64,000 nucleotides of DNA. Origin: Salpingoeca rosetta (Eukaryota; Protista; Choanoflagellata). The notes under the pieces are model-generated. The model did not search any database. It was not told the origin of the DNA and was given only the letters and a program-made list of their open reading frames with translations. The stretch is taken from positions 2,649,238 through 2,713,237 of the forward strand of contig JAWQFM010000001.1 in the NCBI GenBank assembly GCA_033442325.1, given 5' to 3'. The position numbers and the translations under genes were made by a program. This document shows, piece after piece, positions 60,399 to 64,000 of the stretch (position 1 is the first letter of the stretch; every line of letters begins with the position of its first letter).

Positions 60399-60433
<35 letters not shown>

Positions 60434-60914
60434 TACACACACACACACACACGCAACGCATACACACCCGTATCTGATCTCACGCTTTGGGTTGCTCTTG
60501 CTCATCATGCTGATTTGCGTGTGCAGCACCAACGGTGTTCCGGGCCTAAGCTTTTCCCTGTGTAATCGAATCGAATCCTACCCAATATCTACATCACATA
60601 CGCCCTCGTCCTCTTGCCTCTCCTCGCTACGTTAACCCCCCCCCCCCTTTTTTTCAACACAAATGTACATGCGTTTCCTGCTTTGCGCACACCTGGAATC
60701 ATTTGCCGTTTATTGCTGCGTGTCTTGCGCATATATACAAGCGATATGATCAAGTGACAAGACCACGACACCCGTGTAATAACCGTATTACAACCAGCTG
60801 TGCGAAGCCTGGTAACCACGCAGTGGCACGCCGCCAGATGTGCGCGTGTTTCGGGTCCATCACCCTCCAGTGTAAATTGCAATAGCACCAGCATCAAGCA
60901 GAAACAAGCACACG

Positions 60915-64000
<3,086 letters not shown>

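Overview
Eukaryotic, GC-rich, gene-dense genomic DNA in which nearly every intron carries long (CA)n/(TG)n tracts. This style is most consistent with a choanoflagellate such as Salpingoeca (inference from style, not verified). Most ORF-track entries are microsatellite artefacts, so genes were rebuilt by joining GT-AG exons by eye. Recognisable genes are SF3A3, JMJD6, a CRIP-type LIM gene, VTI1, a dual-specificity phosphatase, POLR1A, HIF1AN (FIH), COG3, a DENND1-like gene (partial), an Alb1-like small protein, an intron-containing tRNA-Ile(TAT) and a U5 snRNA. The most interesting object is a class C (glutamate-type) GPCR at 19.6-28.5 kb. Its ectodomain looks like a catalytically dead ecto-5'-nucleotidase (CD73/UshA fold) followed by a CUB-like segment and Cys-rich repeats, in place of a Venus flytrap, and its cytoplasmic tail has an SH3-like module. 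Other highlights are a kinesin-fold protein that has lost its P-loop and switch motifs, an intronless secreted protein with bacterial-style PPC domains and 7 PAN/Apple repeats, an out-of-frame JMJD6/CRIP junction, an elongated U5 snRNA, and an orphan protein with a mosaic 65-aa repeat. All homology calls come from recalled motifs; no searches were run.
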